A stretch of 64,000 nt of DNA from Candidatus Poribacteria bacterium (GTDB taxonomy: Bacteria > Poribacteria > WGA-4E > WGA-3G), in contig OZ240248.1 of the NCBI GenBank assembly GCA_965198235.1, positions 480,001-544,000 on the forward strand. The letters are read 5' to 3'. Under the pieces are notes generated by a model. The model ran no database searches and was not told where the DNA came from. It saw nothing but the letters and a program-made list of their open reading frames with translations. The translations under genes and the position numbers were made by a program. This document shows, in pieces, positions 19,715-29,598 of the stretch (position 1 is its first letter; every line of letters begins with the position of its first letter).

Positions 19715-21313
19715 CTATTGGCGTTGCTGTCTACGTTTCTCTTGAAGCTGATCCCACGGGTAGATGAAACAGCGATCTGTCCAATCTTGATAAAGCCCAA
19801 CGAGCTCCTTTAGTTTTTGTGGATGCTTGGCAGCAAGATTGTTGATTTCTGTCCGTTCGGCTTCCACGTCGTAGAGTTCCCAATCGCCGGGGAACTTGCA
19901 AACCAGTTTCCATTTACCTTGGCGGACTGCACAATTGCCTTCGTGTTCCCAATAAAGAACCTCTTTACCGTTATCCTTCCCATCGAAAATCGGTACTAAG
20001 CTTGTTCCCTCTAACGGCAAAATCGGTTTCCCGTTGTGTTCTTCAGGGTAGGTTGTCCCTGAGACATCAAGGCATGTTGCCATGATGTCCGGTAATTGCC
20101 CGGGTTGATGGCGCAACTCTCCCGCCGATCTTATAGCATCTGGCCAATGTGCAATCAGCGGCGTAGCTATACCGCCTTCATGCACCCAGTGTTTGTATTC
20201 TCGGAACGGTGTATTGGACAGATTTGCCCACGGCACGCCGTAACTCTGATAGGTGGTCTCGGGCCCGGGCATGATGCTGGGATCGTTGCCACGATAGATG
20301 GGTTGTCCGTCGGAGGTCGTCTCAGTACTGATGAGTGAATCGCTGTCGCGTATTGCGGGAGGTCCTCCGATTTCTTCGGCACAACCGCCGTTATCGGCTA
20401 AAAACAGGATGAGTGTGTTGTCGAGCTCGCCGGTCTCTTCCAACGTGTTGATAATTCGTCCAATACCTGCATCCATACGGGTGATTTGCGCTGCGTAAAC
20501 CTCCATACGGCGTTGATTCCATTCCTTGTACTGCACATCGCTCCAAGGTGGCTGTGAGGGATCACGTGCCGTGAGCTGCCATGCTTCGTCTAAAATTTTC
20601 ATTTCCCGCATCCGTGAGAGCCTTTCTTCTCGGAGCTCGTCCCATCCAGCGGCGAAACGTCCATTGTAGTAGGCGATGTCTTCTTCGTGCGCGTGCAGGG
20701 GCCAATGCGGCGCAGTGTAAGCGACGTAGGTGAAAAACGGGCGGTCAGGGTTCTTTTCGGTGTGATTACGGATAAAGGTCGTTGCTTCGTCGCTGATAGC
20801 ATCTGTGAGGAAGTAACCTTCAGGGAGTTCGTCGTGTTGGATACGTGTGTTATCGCGCGTCAGAGTGTTTGGTTTCCAAAAATTTGCAGCACCGGTGATA
20901 ATACCGTAGTACTGGTCGAACCCACGCTGGCAGGGCCAACTATGCTTGGGTCCATCAGCACCGGTATGCCGAGAGATATGCCACTTGCCGCTCATATAGG
21001 TGCCGTAACCTTCTGAACGGACAGCATCAGCAACGGTGATACAGCGATCGTTTAGGTCGCCACGATAGCCTTCTAATCCATCGTCGCCCATCATGTGGCC
21101 TACCCCAGTTTGGTGCGGATGTAGCCCGGTAAGCATGGAGGCACGGGATGGACAACAGCGTGCGGTGTTGTAAAATTGTGTAAACCTCAGCCCACCTGCG
21201 GCAAGCCGATCCAGATTCGGGGTGTGAACTTCGCCGCCGTAGCAACCTAAGTCAGAGAAACCCATATCGTCATTCAGGATGAGGACGATGTTCGGTTTTC
21301 TATTTTCATTCAT
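19715..21313 (-). CDS. Arylsulfatase
   Basis: KPNIVLILNDDMGFSD, CCPSRASMLTG, GKWH, ADNG. Confidence 0.93.
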   Translation of the reverse strand: MNENRKPNIVLILNDDMGFSDLGCYGGEVHTPNLDRLAAGGLRFTQFYNTARCCPSRASMLTGLHPHQTGVGHMMGDDGLEGYRGDLNDRCITVADAVRSEGYGTYMSGKWHISRHTGADGPKHSWPCQRGFDQYYGIITGAANFWKPNTLTRDNTRIQHDELPEGYFLTDAISDEATTFIRNHTEKNPDRPFFTYVAYTAPHWPLHAHEEDIAYYNGRFAAGWDELREERLSRMREMKILDEAWQLTARDPSQPPWSDVQYKEWNQRRMEVYAAQITRMDAGIGRIINTLEETGELDNTLILFLADNGGCAEEIGGPPAIRDSDSLISTETTSDGQPIYRGNDPSIMPGPETTYQSYGVPWANLSNTPFREYKHWVHEGGIATPLIAHWPDAIRSAGELRHQPGQLPDIMATCLDVSGTTYPEEHNGKPILPLEGTSLVPIFDGKDNGKEVLYWEHEGNCAVRQGKWKLVCKFPGDWELYDVEAERTEINNLAAKHPQKLKELVGLYQDWTDRCFIYPWDQLQEKRRQQRQ

Positions 21314-21505
21314 CGAATAAGTACCCTTTTGTTTGCAAAATTGGTGTTGCTTTTGGTGATACAGTATGTTACTATAAATTGGAAGAAATCCACTTAAAAA
21401 AAGATATCTAACCTGAAAATACACAGTAGCCATAAAAGCGTAAACGCTTTATTAAACAGAGCGTTGCAAGACTCATAAATGCCTCACAGATTTCCGGAGG
21501 TAAAA

Positions 21506-22108
21506 ATGATTGCAAATATGATTACACTCTTCCGTCTGATACTGGTTTTTGTTGTGATCTCCCTTTTTGGAGTTCATGTCTACTTAGACATTCTGCTTGT
21601 GGGACTAATAGGTTTAATCCTATTTCTTGACGCAGTTGACGGTTACGTTGCTCGACGACTGAACCAGGCTTCTGCTTTCGGTGCGTTGTTCGACATAGTT
21701 GGCGATCGGATTGTCGAATGTATCTTCTGGGTATACTTTGCCGTTATTGGATTGATTCCGTTCTGGATTCCAGTTATCGTAATTGCTCGCGGTTTTTTCA
21801 CAGATGGTTTGCGAAGCGCCGCTTTTGCGCAAGGCAAAACCGCTTTTGGTGAAAACACGATGATGTCCTCGAAATGGACCCGTGCGCTCACCAGTTCACG
21901 AGCGAGCCGTAGTATCTATGGTATCACGAAAACCCTCGCCTTTCTTTATCTCGGTGGTGTCATTGCACTCAAAAACTCAGGTGCCTTTCCCGAATTGGTC
22001 ATCGGGCTGGAATTGGCAGGCGTGATTCTATCTACCGTGGTTGTTGCCATGTGCCTAATTCGCGGGCTCCCTGTTTTGGTTGATGGCTGGAAATACGTCA
22101 AGGGTTGA
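21506..22108 (+). CDS. CDP-alcohol phosphatidyltransferase (PgsA-like)
   Basis: DAVDGYVAR...FGALFDIVGDR signature; GGAGG RBS. Confidence 0.88.
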   Translation: MIANMITLFRLILVFVVISLFGVHVYLDILLVGLIGLILFLDAVDGYVARRLNQASAFGALFDIVGDRIVECIFWVYFAVIGLIPFWIPVIVIARGFFTDGLRSAAFAQGKTAFGENTMMSSKWTRALTSSRASRSIYGITKTLAFLYLGGVIALKNSGAFPELVIGLELAGVILSTVVVAMCLIRGLPVLVDGWKYVKG

Positions 22109-22186
22109 CGCTATTTTACTGTATCGTTTCTTAAGCCCATTTTCTTGTGATAAGGACGATCCAGAACGCTGAAGATCAGAGAGTTG

Positions 22187-24916
22187 TCATCGCCTTGACA
22201 TGCGACTGTAGCTACCCATATTTAGCAACAAATGACTTCCATCTTCACTCGCAAGTGAAATAAAAAGCAATTTTGCCGCTGGATATGCAACTGCTGGGAG
22301 TATCTTATTTTTAAGGGTAAACATAAGTCGATAGGTGATGGTATTCTCAACCTGCCTATACTGTCGAGTAAATTCTGCGCTCTCCATGGTATGATGGCTG
22401 TCTTCCGGTAGAGCGGCGCTCCATCCGTCTGGAATCTGAATACGAATCGTTTTCTCAACTTGCGTTGGATAACCGAAGTCCAATGAATAGACGCGTTGGT
22501 CGTGAGCGAACGCTTCAGCGTACTCCCCAAATTCATCAATTGGTAAAGGCATCAACATGTTGTTGCTTAAAGGTGTTGCGTAATTCTCAACGCGAAAACC
22601 GAGTCTAATTTCCACCGGCACATTGAGTTCATTGAGGTCCGACATCTCGTGCCATACTATCTGAATACCGGGAAATTGTTGGCTGAGTTCAGTCGCCAAA
22701 GTGGCTTTCACCGCACGAGGCTGTATTTGTTGATATGCCCACCGCGTATTTAGATCGTATTGACCGCTTGTCTGAATGTGGAGTGTCCCTTCTACAGTGC
22801 CTTGATTGTTTAGGGTCAAATCTGTCGTGCTCACAAGCCTATTAGATTCGGATGGGAAAACAGGTGTTTTCACAAATTCACCGTGCGTATCGGAAATGAG
22901 AAATCCTGTGCGTTCTTGCGTGTTATAAGGTAGGTCCCCGTAACTACAAGTCGCCGAGGTGGGATCTAACCAAATATAGGTATTTGCTCCAGTAGGGATT
23001 GCGGCGATCATGTGATTAAATTGGCTAAGTGCCGGGAGTGCCGTGTCAATCCGCTCGTAGGGTGCGAGGCTAATCAAAACCGGATAAGCCTTGATCCCGA
23101 CCAGATCCAACATTGAAATCAGGAGTGTCGTTTTATCCTTGCAGTCGCCGTATTGCATTTGAAAGACTTCAGCGGCAGGTGAGGGTTGATAAGCACTCTG
23201 CCCAAGTTCAATACCAACGTACCGGATATTTGTAGCGACAAAATGGTAGATGGCGCGTATCTTTGCCTCTTCTGTCGTCAGATTTTGGGTTAACTGTTGG
23301 ACTTTTTCCTCAATTTTAGCATCCGGTGTGTATCTCCCTTTCGCGAGTTCTTTATACCACATGTAAACATCGTTCCAGCCGGCAATTGAAGAATAGCGCA
23401 AGCGTGGGACGATGTCATTAACATGTGGCATGCCTTCCTCTATTGTCAGTGCGGGTGTTTCGCCATACCTCCAAATATACACAACGGTGTCGTTTTCAGT
23501 GTAGGACACCTCAGGTTCTTGCGCGTTTGTGTTTGAGGTGTCGTTAGCAATTTTCCATTGAAGATGCCATGCCTTGGGTATTTGAAGGGCGTAACTCGTC
23601 TCAAGTGTAGCTTCTGTTGCTTGGAAATTGTATCCCCCTGTGATCCATGTCTCGCCTCCAGGGACTTTATCTTCAAGTGTTACCTGATACTCAACGCAGA
23701 CTCCCGGTGCGAGACCGACCATGGAGATGACCTTCCACATCGCATCGGAATAAAGGTTTTGGGACAAGAGTCCAGGTGGTGTTGCATCGTTAAACGCCTC
23801 ATCGGGAGGGTGCAACACCGTGCCGTCCGCTGTAATTGTTCTTGCTATATTAACACCGATGTTTTGCGCGGTGGGTTGGTAAGGAATGGCAATATCGCCG
23901 TATTTTTGTATACCTCTTTCGGTGAGGATTTTAACGACTTGATGCGTTGTATAACGCGACTGCCCTGTCGGCAGGACATCGTGGCTAAAATGGCTGAAAA
24001 GGACTAAGGTATCGGCATCAGGATAATCGCTTGCGTCTGAGGCATTCGCGATAATACGCTCAACATCCGGATTGAGAAGCGTAACGGGCGGCACATCAAC
24101 AATTTCTGTCGGCCCGAAGTCTTGTCGTGCGAGGGCTTGGAGCCGCGTTAAGGCAAGGAGATTGTCTGGGTCAATTTCCAAAATCTGCTGGTATTGGAGC
24201 TGCGCCTCAAAATAACGCTGCTGATTCTCATAAAGTGTGGCGAGTTGTTCCCTTGCCCAATTGTCGTTTGGGAATAACCGAATCGATTCCCGTAGTTCTG
24301 CGATAGCTTCACCTATTTCACCGCGCTCTAAGTAAATTAATCCCAAGTAGTTGTGCAAATTTTCGCTTTCGGGACGTTCACATCTCGGATCAAAAGACAA
24401 TGCCGTGTGGAGCACCTCAATTGCTTCGTCGAAACGTTGCAGCTGCTTATAGGCTAAACCGAGATGGTTTAAGGCATAGAGATTATCCACCGATATATTG
24501 AGAACTCGCTCGTAGTATTCAGAGGCGGCTATATAGTCATGCAATTTTTCAGAGATGTATCCGGCGTAGTTTAGAGCCGTGATATTATTCGGTTCCAGTG
24601 CTAAAAATGCTACAAATGCATCTCGCGCGTTTTCGTACTCCTCAAGTTGGAAATATATCTCTGCGATTTTGCGTTGTACTTCGCTTGAGTCCGGACGAAT
24701 TGCAACAGCGGTTTCGTAAGCGGTAAGCGCGGCTCGCAAGTTTTTGCGTTGTAGTTCAGCATTGCCAATCTCAACCTGCTCGTGCCACTCGCGATTCCGT
24801 TCGACAAGTGGATCGACTACTAACGGAGTAGACGAGATTTTTGGGAAAATTGCACATCCACCGATGATAAAAAGCAGACTTAAGACTAAAAGTGTGTTGC
24901 CTCTATGGAGCATCAT
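22187..24916 (-). CDS. Lipoprotein with TPR repeats, DUF3857 and transglutaminase-like domain
   Basis: IGGC lipobox, several TPR helices, GDCKDK / FNHMI / WLDPT Cys-His-Asp triad. Confidence 0.85.
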   Translation of the reverse strand: MMLHRGNTLLVLSLLFIIGGCAIFPKISSTPLVVDPLVERNREWHEQVEIGNAELQRKNLRAALTAYETAVAIRPDSSEVQRKIAEIYFQLEEYENARDAFVAFLALEPNNITALNYAGYISEKLHDYIAASEYYERVLNISVDNLYALNHLGLAYKQLQRFDEAIEVLHTALSFDPRCERPESENLHNYLGLIYLERGEIGEAIAELRESIRLFPNDNWAREQLATLYENQQRYFEAQLQYQQILEIDPDNLLALTRLQALARQDFGPTEIVDVPPVTLLNPDVERIIANASDASDYPDADTLVLFSHFSHDVLPTGQSRYTTHQVVKILTERGIQKYGDIAIPYQPTAQNIGVNIARTITADGTVLHPPDEAFNDATPPGLLSQNLYSDAMWKVISMVGLAPGVCVEYQVTLEDKVPGGETWITGGYNFQATEATLETSYALQIPKAWHLQWKIANDTSNTNAQEPEVSYTENDTVVYIWRYGETPALTIEEGMPHVNDIVPRLRYSSIAGWNDVYMWYKELAKGRYTPDAKIEEKVQQLTQNLTTEEAKIRAIYHFVATNIRYVGIELGQSAYQPSPAAEVFQMQYGDCKDKTTLLISMLDLVGIKAYPVLISLAPYERIDTALPALSQFNHMIAAIPTGANTYIWLDPTSATCSYGDLPYNTQERTGFLISDTHGEFVKTPVFPSESNRLVSTTDLTLNNQGTVEGTLHIQTSGQYDLNTRWAYQQIQPRAVKATLATELSQQFPGIQIVWHEMSDLNELNVPVEIRLGFRVENYATPLSNNMLMPLPIDEFGEYAEAFAHDQRVYSLDFGYPTQVEKTIRIQIPDGWSAALPEDSHHTMESAEFTRQYRQVENTITYRLMFTLKNKILPAVAYPAAKLLFISLASEDGSHLLLNMGSYSRMSRR

Positions 24917-24935
24917 TGTCCATCTCCTTCGGCGG

Positions 24936-25289
24936 TTAGGTGTCTGATCCTCGGTTTCTCAAAAGCTTAGGGTTTTCGCTGTGACGTTTTTTATCTCGGC
25001 GCGTCTTTTTTTCGATTGACTTTTTGAATGCATCCTCAAGTTTGATGCCTGTTTGATTCGCGAGACAGATAAGTACGAAAAGGATATCAGCCATTTCTTC
25101 ACCAAGGTCCAAGTCTTTCTCATTCTCCTTGAAACTCTGTTCCCCATACTGGCGTGCCATAATCCGCGCTAATTCGCCGACTTCTTCCATAAGGATGGTG
25201 GTATTGGTTAACTCTGAAAAATAGCGGACCCCAAAGGTGTGAACCCAGTCGTCTACAAGTTTTTGGCAATTCTCAAGTGTATAGTCCAT
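24936..25289 (-). CDS. MazG-like nucleotide pyrophosphohydrolase (YpjD type)
   Basis: EEVGELAR...YGEQSFK, EEMADILFVLICLANQTG. Confidence 0.92.
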   Translation of the reverse strand: MDYTLENCQKLVDDWVHTFGVRYFSELTNTTILMEEVGELARIMARQYGEQSFKENEKDLDLGEEMADILFVLICLANQTGIKLEDAFKKSIEKKTRRDKKRHSENPKLLRNRGSDT

Positions 25290-25482
25290 ATCAGTTTCGG
25301 CTCCATTGATGACTTATACTCAGGATTTACGGGGCGCGACAATAGAGTGCCTTGGAGGCATAGTAGTGCCCTCAAAGCGGTTAGGCGCAAAATCCAATTT
25401 TTAATATTTTAACAAGGTTTGCAAGATAAGTAAACCTTTTTTTCTCGGAGCGCGTTTAACCAGACAGTCAGGTGAAAATCCC

Positions 25483-25511
25483 TTGATTTTTCCGAACACT
25501 TGGTGTATACT
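25483..25511 (+). promoter_or_regulatory. sigma70-like promoter
   Basis: TTGATT-17-TATACT. Confidence 0.5.
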
Positions 25512-25612
25512 TTAATAGCATAATTTATTGGGGAGGCGAAATCGGTACCATTTAGTTTGGTGAGCCCAAGCCTGAGGTTATGGCGTGCTAAATGGAACTA
25601 AGGAGAAATTGT

Positions 25613-26353
25613 ATGGGACTTACGAGCAAAGAACAGCAATTTTACGTGGAAAACGGCTATTTCCTGAAAAAGGGGCTTGTCTCTTTAGAAGACATCGCGC
25701 GAATTCAGGAGGAGATTGAAGATATACACAACCGTATGGCAGAACAACCTGCTGATGGCATCGGTATTTCTTGGGAAGTCTACGATTCGGAGGACTATCC
25801 GCCGCGTATCAAACAGTTGATGCACAGTGAGTTGGTGAGCCCGACGCTGAACCGTCTGCTTCGTTCTGACGAAGTGTTGGATATATTGGAAGTGTTGATG
25901 GGTGAAAACATATCGCTCTATCATAGCAAATTACTTCCAAAAGCAGGTGGCGATGGGACGGCTATCCCGTGGCATCAGGACTACGCCTATTGGAAAAATG
26001 ATAACAACAAACCGGTTATGATTAATTGTCAATTGGCTATCAACGAGGCGAACCTTGAGAATGGGTGCATTCAGTTTGTACCCGGTAGCCATAATTGGGG
26101 TTTACAAGAGCATGAACGGAAACATCAGACCTTTGGAGTGTTTCTACCCGGTCACTATCAAGAACGGGAAGACGCTGTTGCTGTCGAGATGGAACCGGGG
26201 GACGCGGTCTTTTTTAATGCCCTGGTTATTCATGGATCTGCCCCAAATAATTCGGCGAACGACCGGCTGATGAACACGTTCGCTTACAATGTAACTGGAA
26301 ACGGTGAGACCCAATCTCGGGAAGTCTTGCGTGGGAAACCTCTTAGCGCATGA
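25613..26353 (+). CDS. Phytanoyl-CoA dioxygenase (PhyH) family
   Basis: FYVENGY, WHQD, ENGC..PGSH, IHGSAPN; AAGGAG RBS. Confidence 0.92.
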   Translation: MGLTSKEQQFYVENGYFLKKGLVSLEDIARIQEEIEDIHNRMAEQPADGIGISWEVYDSEDYPPRIKQLMHSELVSPTLNRLLRSDEVLDILEVLMGENISLYHSKLLPKAGGDGTAIPWHQDYAYWKNDNNKPVMINCQLAINEANLENGCIQFVPGSHNWGLQEHERKHQTFGVFLPGHYQEREDAVAVEMEPGDAVFFNALVIHGSAPNNSANDRLMNTFAYNVTGNGETQSREVLRGKPLSA

Positions 26354-27354
26354 AAAAAGTAATGGATGTCTGGAAAATTCTTTGGTTCTTGCTTATTGGT
26401 GTTGCGGTAGGTTGCGGTGGTGATGAAACCAGCAGTAGAAACGTTGCACCGCACATTCTGGTGTTTGAAGCAGAATCAAATATAGTTTCGCCAGGGGCAG
26501 AGGTGCCGATTCGTCTGGAAACTGGTGACCTTGAAGGGCACTCCCTATCATATACGTGGACGGTTACGGGTGGCGACCTAACGGAGAACGCTTCTGGTGC
26601 ACTCTGGCACGCTCCTCAAACTGAACGGAAATACCAGATTGAAGTTACGGTAAGCGATGGGGAAAATGCTACGAGAAGTACACTTGATATCCAAGTGTGG
26701 CGGATCCGTCCTGGAGACTATTATCCGTTGGCTGTAGGGAATGTTTGGCATTACCGCGACGCAAGCGGTGCTGAGATTACTTTTGAAATTGTGGATACCA
26801 TCCAGATTCAACGCGCAGGTGGGGAAGCCATTGAGAGTTTTGTCCTCCAGAAATCGAATAAGGCTGAAGGTTTAGAGAACGTTGTGAACTACTCTTACCT
26901 CGGAACAAGCCTTGATGAAAAGGGTGAAGTTTCAGTGATTGTACAGCACGCACAGAATACCACATCCGGCACAGGTGATACGATTCTGTTTGTGCCGTAT
27001 CTCCCACTATACCAATTCCCACTCATTCCGGGCGAGAGGTGGGAGGTTAACTTTCAGGCACAATTAGTTCCTGAACTCTTTCCGATTGGCGGTGGGCTCG
27101 ACGAATTTGAGGTGATTTCAGAAGAGACTATGACCGTGCCAGCTGGAACTTTTGAACATGTCTTCCAGGTTCAGGAATCCTTTCGGTGGGGATTTGACAT
27201 TGAAAATCAGAATGTTCCACTTGACATCACTGTCGTAAAAAAATGGGTTGCACCGGATGTCGGGATTATCAAATTTACACAATCACAGACTCGGGGTGGT
27301 GTGACTGTCGACACGGTCTTTGAACTTGGGTCCTTTGAGTTAGTCCAAAATTAA
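26350..27354 (+). CDS. Hypothetical lipoprotein (Ig/PKD-like N-domain plus beta-rich C-domain)
   Basis: AVGC lipobox, LSYTW..TGG, YYPLAVGNVWHY, TVPAGTF, W.APDVGIIK. Confidence 0.7.
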   Translation: MKKVMDVWKILWFLLIGVAVGCGGDETSSRNVAPHILVFEAESNIVSPGAEVPIRLETGDLEGHSLSYTWTVTGGDLTENASGALWHAPQTERKYQIEVTVSDGENATRSTLDIQVWRIRPGDYYPLAVGNVWHYRDASGAEITFEIVDTIQIQRAGGEAIESFVLQKSNKAEGLENVVNYSYLGTSLDEKGEVSVIVQHAQNTTSGTGDTILFVPYLPLYQFPLIPGERWEVNFQAQLVPELFPIGGGLDEFEVISEETMTVPAGTFEHVFQVQESFRWGFDIENQNVPLDITVVKKWVAPDVGIIKFTQSQTRGGVTVDTVFELGSFELVQN

Positions 27355-27358
27355 ATCT

Positions 27359-28378
27359 GTGAAGAATACAACAAAAAAACCAGAAATTTTAACCACGACT
27401 GTGGGTTCTTATCCTGTACCGGCATGGCTCCTGTCAACGCCAACAGAGCAGACGCTGCTTGATGCGACACGGGTTGTCGTAGATGTCCAGCGGCAACGGG
27501 GTATTGACCTGCCGACGGATGGCGAACTCTACCGCTTTGATGCCAATCACCCAGATACCAACGGAATGATTGATTATTTTATCCGTCCGCTTTCTGGTGT
27601 GAGGGCGGAAGTGGGGCGGCAGGAATGGCATGAATTTCGGCAGATGCAGACGATGTCGTTCCGTGCGAAACCGGCAGGGGTTGTTGAGAGTGCCCTGGGA
27701 GAAGGCACGTTAAATCTCGTTTCTGATTGCGAGCGCGCAGTGAGTGTATCTGGAAAGGATATCAAATTTACGGTAACGAGTCCTTACATGCTCGCACGGA
27801 CGCTGTTGGACAAATATTACGGCGACTTTGATACCTTGCTGACCGCTTTGGCAGAAGTGTTAGCGACACAGGTCCGTGAACTGGATTGTGCCTGTCTTCA
27901 AATTGATGAGGCGAATATACCGGGTAATCCACAAGATGGACCTCGCGCTGCGGAGGCGATTAATATTGTCCTTGATGCATTTGGTGGGGAGAAAGCGGTC
28001 CATTTCTGCTTTGGCAACTATGGCGGTCAGGTGATCCAAAGAGGGAACTGGGGTGCTCTGGTGGACTTCTTGAACATGCTCCGGTGCGACCACTTGGTTT
28101 TGGAACTGAAACACCGCCCTGAGGCAGATCTTGAGGCACTCAGGGAAGTTACATCAGACATTGTCCTCGGTATTGGGGTGATTGATGTGAAGGTCAATCC
28201 GATTGAGACACCGGATGACGTGGCAGCCAGTATCGAAACAGCGGAAAAGATGTTGGGTGCTGGACGGATTGGCTGGGTGCATCCGGACTGTGGCTTTTGG
28301 ATGCTCCAACGCTCTGTGGTAGACCGAAAGATAGAGGCACTTGTACAAGGCAGAGATAAGTATTTGGGGCTTACCTAA
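27359..28378 (+). CDS. Cobalamin-independent methionine synthase II family (single barrel)
   Basis: TTVGSYP, TDGE, QIDE, HFCFGN, PDCG Zn ligands. Confidence 0.88.
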   Translation: MKNTTKKPEILTTTVGSYPVPAWLLSTPTEQTLLDATRVVVDVQRQRGIDLPTDGELYRFDANHPDTNGMIDYFIRPLSGVRAEVGRQEWHEFRQMQTMSFRAKPAGVVESALGEGTLNLVSDCERAVSVSGKDIKFTVTSPYMLARTLLDKYYGDFDTLLTALAEVLATQVRELDCACLQIDEANIPGNPQDGPRAAEAINIVLDAFGGEKAVHFCFGNYGGQVIQRGNWGALVDFLNMLRCDHLVLELKHRPEADLEALREVTSDIVLGIGVIDVKVNPIETPDDVAASIETAEKMLGAGRIGWVHPDCGFWMLQRSVVDRKIEALVQGRDKYLGLT

Positions 28379-28430
28379 CGAAAATACGGACTCTGTTGTG
28401 CCTATACAAATAGGTATAGAAAAGGGACAA

Positions 28431-28709
28431 ATGTTTGAAATTCAGCTGCCGGCGTTTAAAAAAATTCAAACAATCTCCGCAGTAGCTGCCTGTGTTGGTT
28501 TTGTGATCGGGGTGCTGATTCCTGCCCGAGCCATTTTTGCCAATAACTGGCCATGTCCATTTGGAAATGGACCAATTCAGGTTTGTGGATTCTTGGGCAT
28601 CACAGGGATCGGAAGCGGAATTGTTGCGGGGAACCTTGCTGCCCTTGTCTTAATGGGTCTTGCGAAATACCGCCGGATGTTATCCAATTCATCGAGAAAA
28701 AGGAAGTAA
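28431..28709 (+). CDS. Small two-TM membrane protein
   Basis: Two hydrophobic segments flanking WPCPFGNGPIQVC; basic C-tail. Confidence 0.55.
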   Translation: MFEIQLPAFKKIQTISAVAACVGFVIGVLIPARAIFANNWPCPFGNGPIQVCGFLGITGIGSGIVAGNLAALVLMGLAKYRRMLSNSSRKRK

Positions 28710-28827
28710 CAGAAGCCTGAAACGGAGAAACCTTAAAAGGAACGCCACGGTTCTTTATGCTGTGAGAATTCGACGAACACCATCGTGAAACGAAGTGGAA
28801 CGATGCCCAGGAGCAATCATTTAAAAA

Positions 28828-29598
28828 ATGGAATTTAACTTTTTACATGTCCTCTTGCTGTTTGGTACAGGTATTGCCGCGGGTTTCTTAAATACAGTTG
28901 CTTTCGGTGGCTCGCTGCTTGCCCTACCGGTGCTCATCTTCCTTGGACTTCCTACTGCAGTAGCAAACGGGACCAACAGAATAGCTATTTTCTGCCAAAA
29001 TTTCAGTGCCATTATAGGATTTCGCCGTAAGGGGGTCTCTGACTTTGGCTACAGCATCCTACTCGCCATACCAGCGGTTATCGGTGCCGTAATAGGTGCT
29101 ATAATCGCGGTTGACATCAGGGACGCAGTATTCAACCTAATTCTTGCTGTTGTGATGATCACTATGCTGGTTTTAACACTGATCAACCCAACGGAGCGGT
29201 TGAAGGAAAGGATTGAGAGCAGAGACAAGCGTTCCCAAATCATCGCAATGGTTGTTTTCTTTTTTATCGGAATTTACGGTGGGTTCATCCAAGCCGGTGT
29301 AGGCTTGCTTGTTATAACTGCTTTGCGTCTTCTTACCGGTATAGACTTAGTTCGGACGAATGCGATTAAAGTTTTTGTTATCTTCTTTTATACCGTGGTT
29401 GCACTCGGTATTTTTATCATAAAAGACAAAGTCAATTGGTATTTAGGACCAACACTGGCAATTGGTAACGCGTGTGGTGCATGGCTTGGAAGCCATTGGG
29501 CAGTCGAAAAAGGCGATAAATGGATTAAAGTGGTGCTGATTGTCGCTGTTCTGGCTTTTGCCATCCGTCTCGTTTGGCTGAGCGTGGGTGGAGGCTAA
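28828..29598 (+). CDS. Sulfite exporter TauE/SafE family
   Basis: AGFLNTVAFGGS, ANGTNR, GIYGGFIQAGVG. Confidence 0.9.
   Translation: MEFNFLHVLLLFGTGIAAGFLNTVAFGGSLLALPVLIFLGLPTAVANGTNRIAIFCQNFSAIIGFRRKGVSDFGYSILLAIPAVIGAVIGAIIAVDIRDAVFNLILAVVMITMLVLTLINPTERLKERIESRDKRSQIIAMVVFFFIGIYGGFIQAGVGLLVITALRLLTGIDLVRTNAIKVFVIFFYTVVALGIFIIKDKVNWYLGPTLAIGNACGAWLGSHWAVEKGDKWIKVVLIVAVLAFAIRLVWLSVGGG

Noticed and set aside
24936-25289. MazG-like gene as an anti-phage system
   Set aside because: Matches the housekeeping YpjD-type pattern and has no defence-gene neighbours
25544-25605. SAM-II riboswitch (GCGTGCTAAATG resembles its 3' part)
   Set aside because: No P1 partner strand and no UUGC/GCUAA pseudoknot pairing; kept only as an unknown leader
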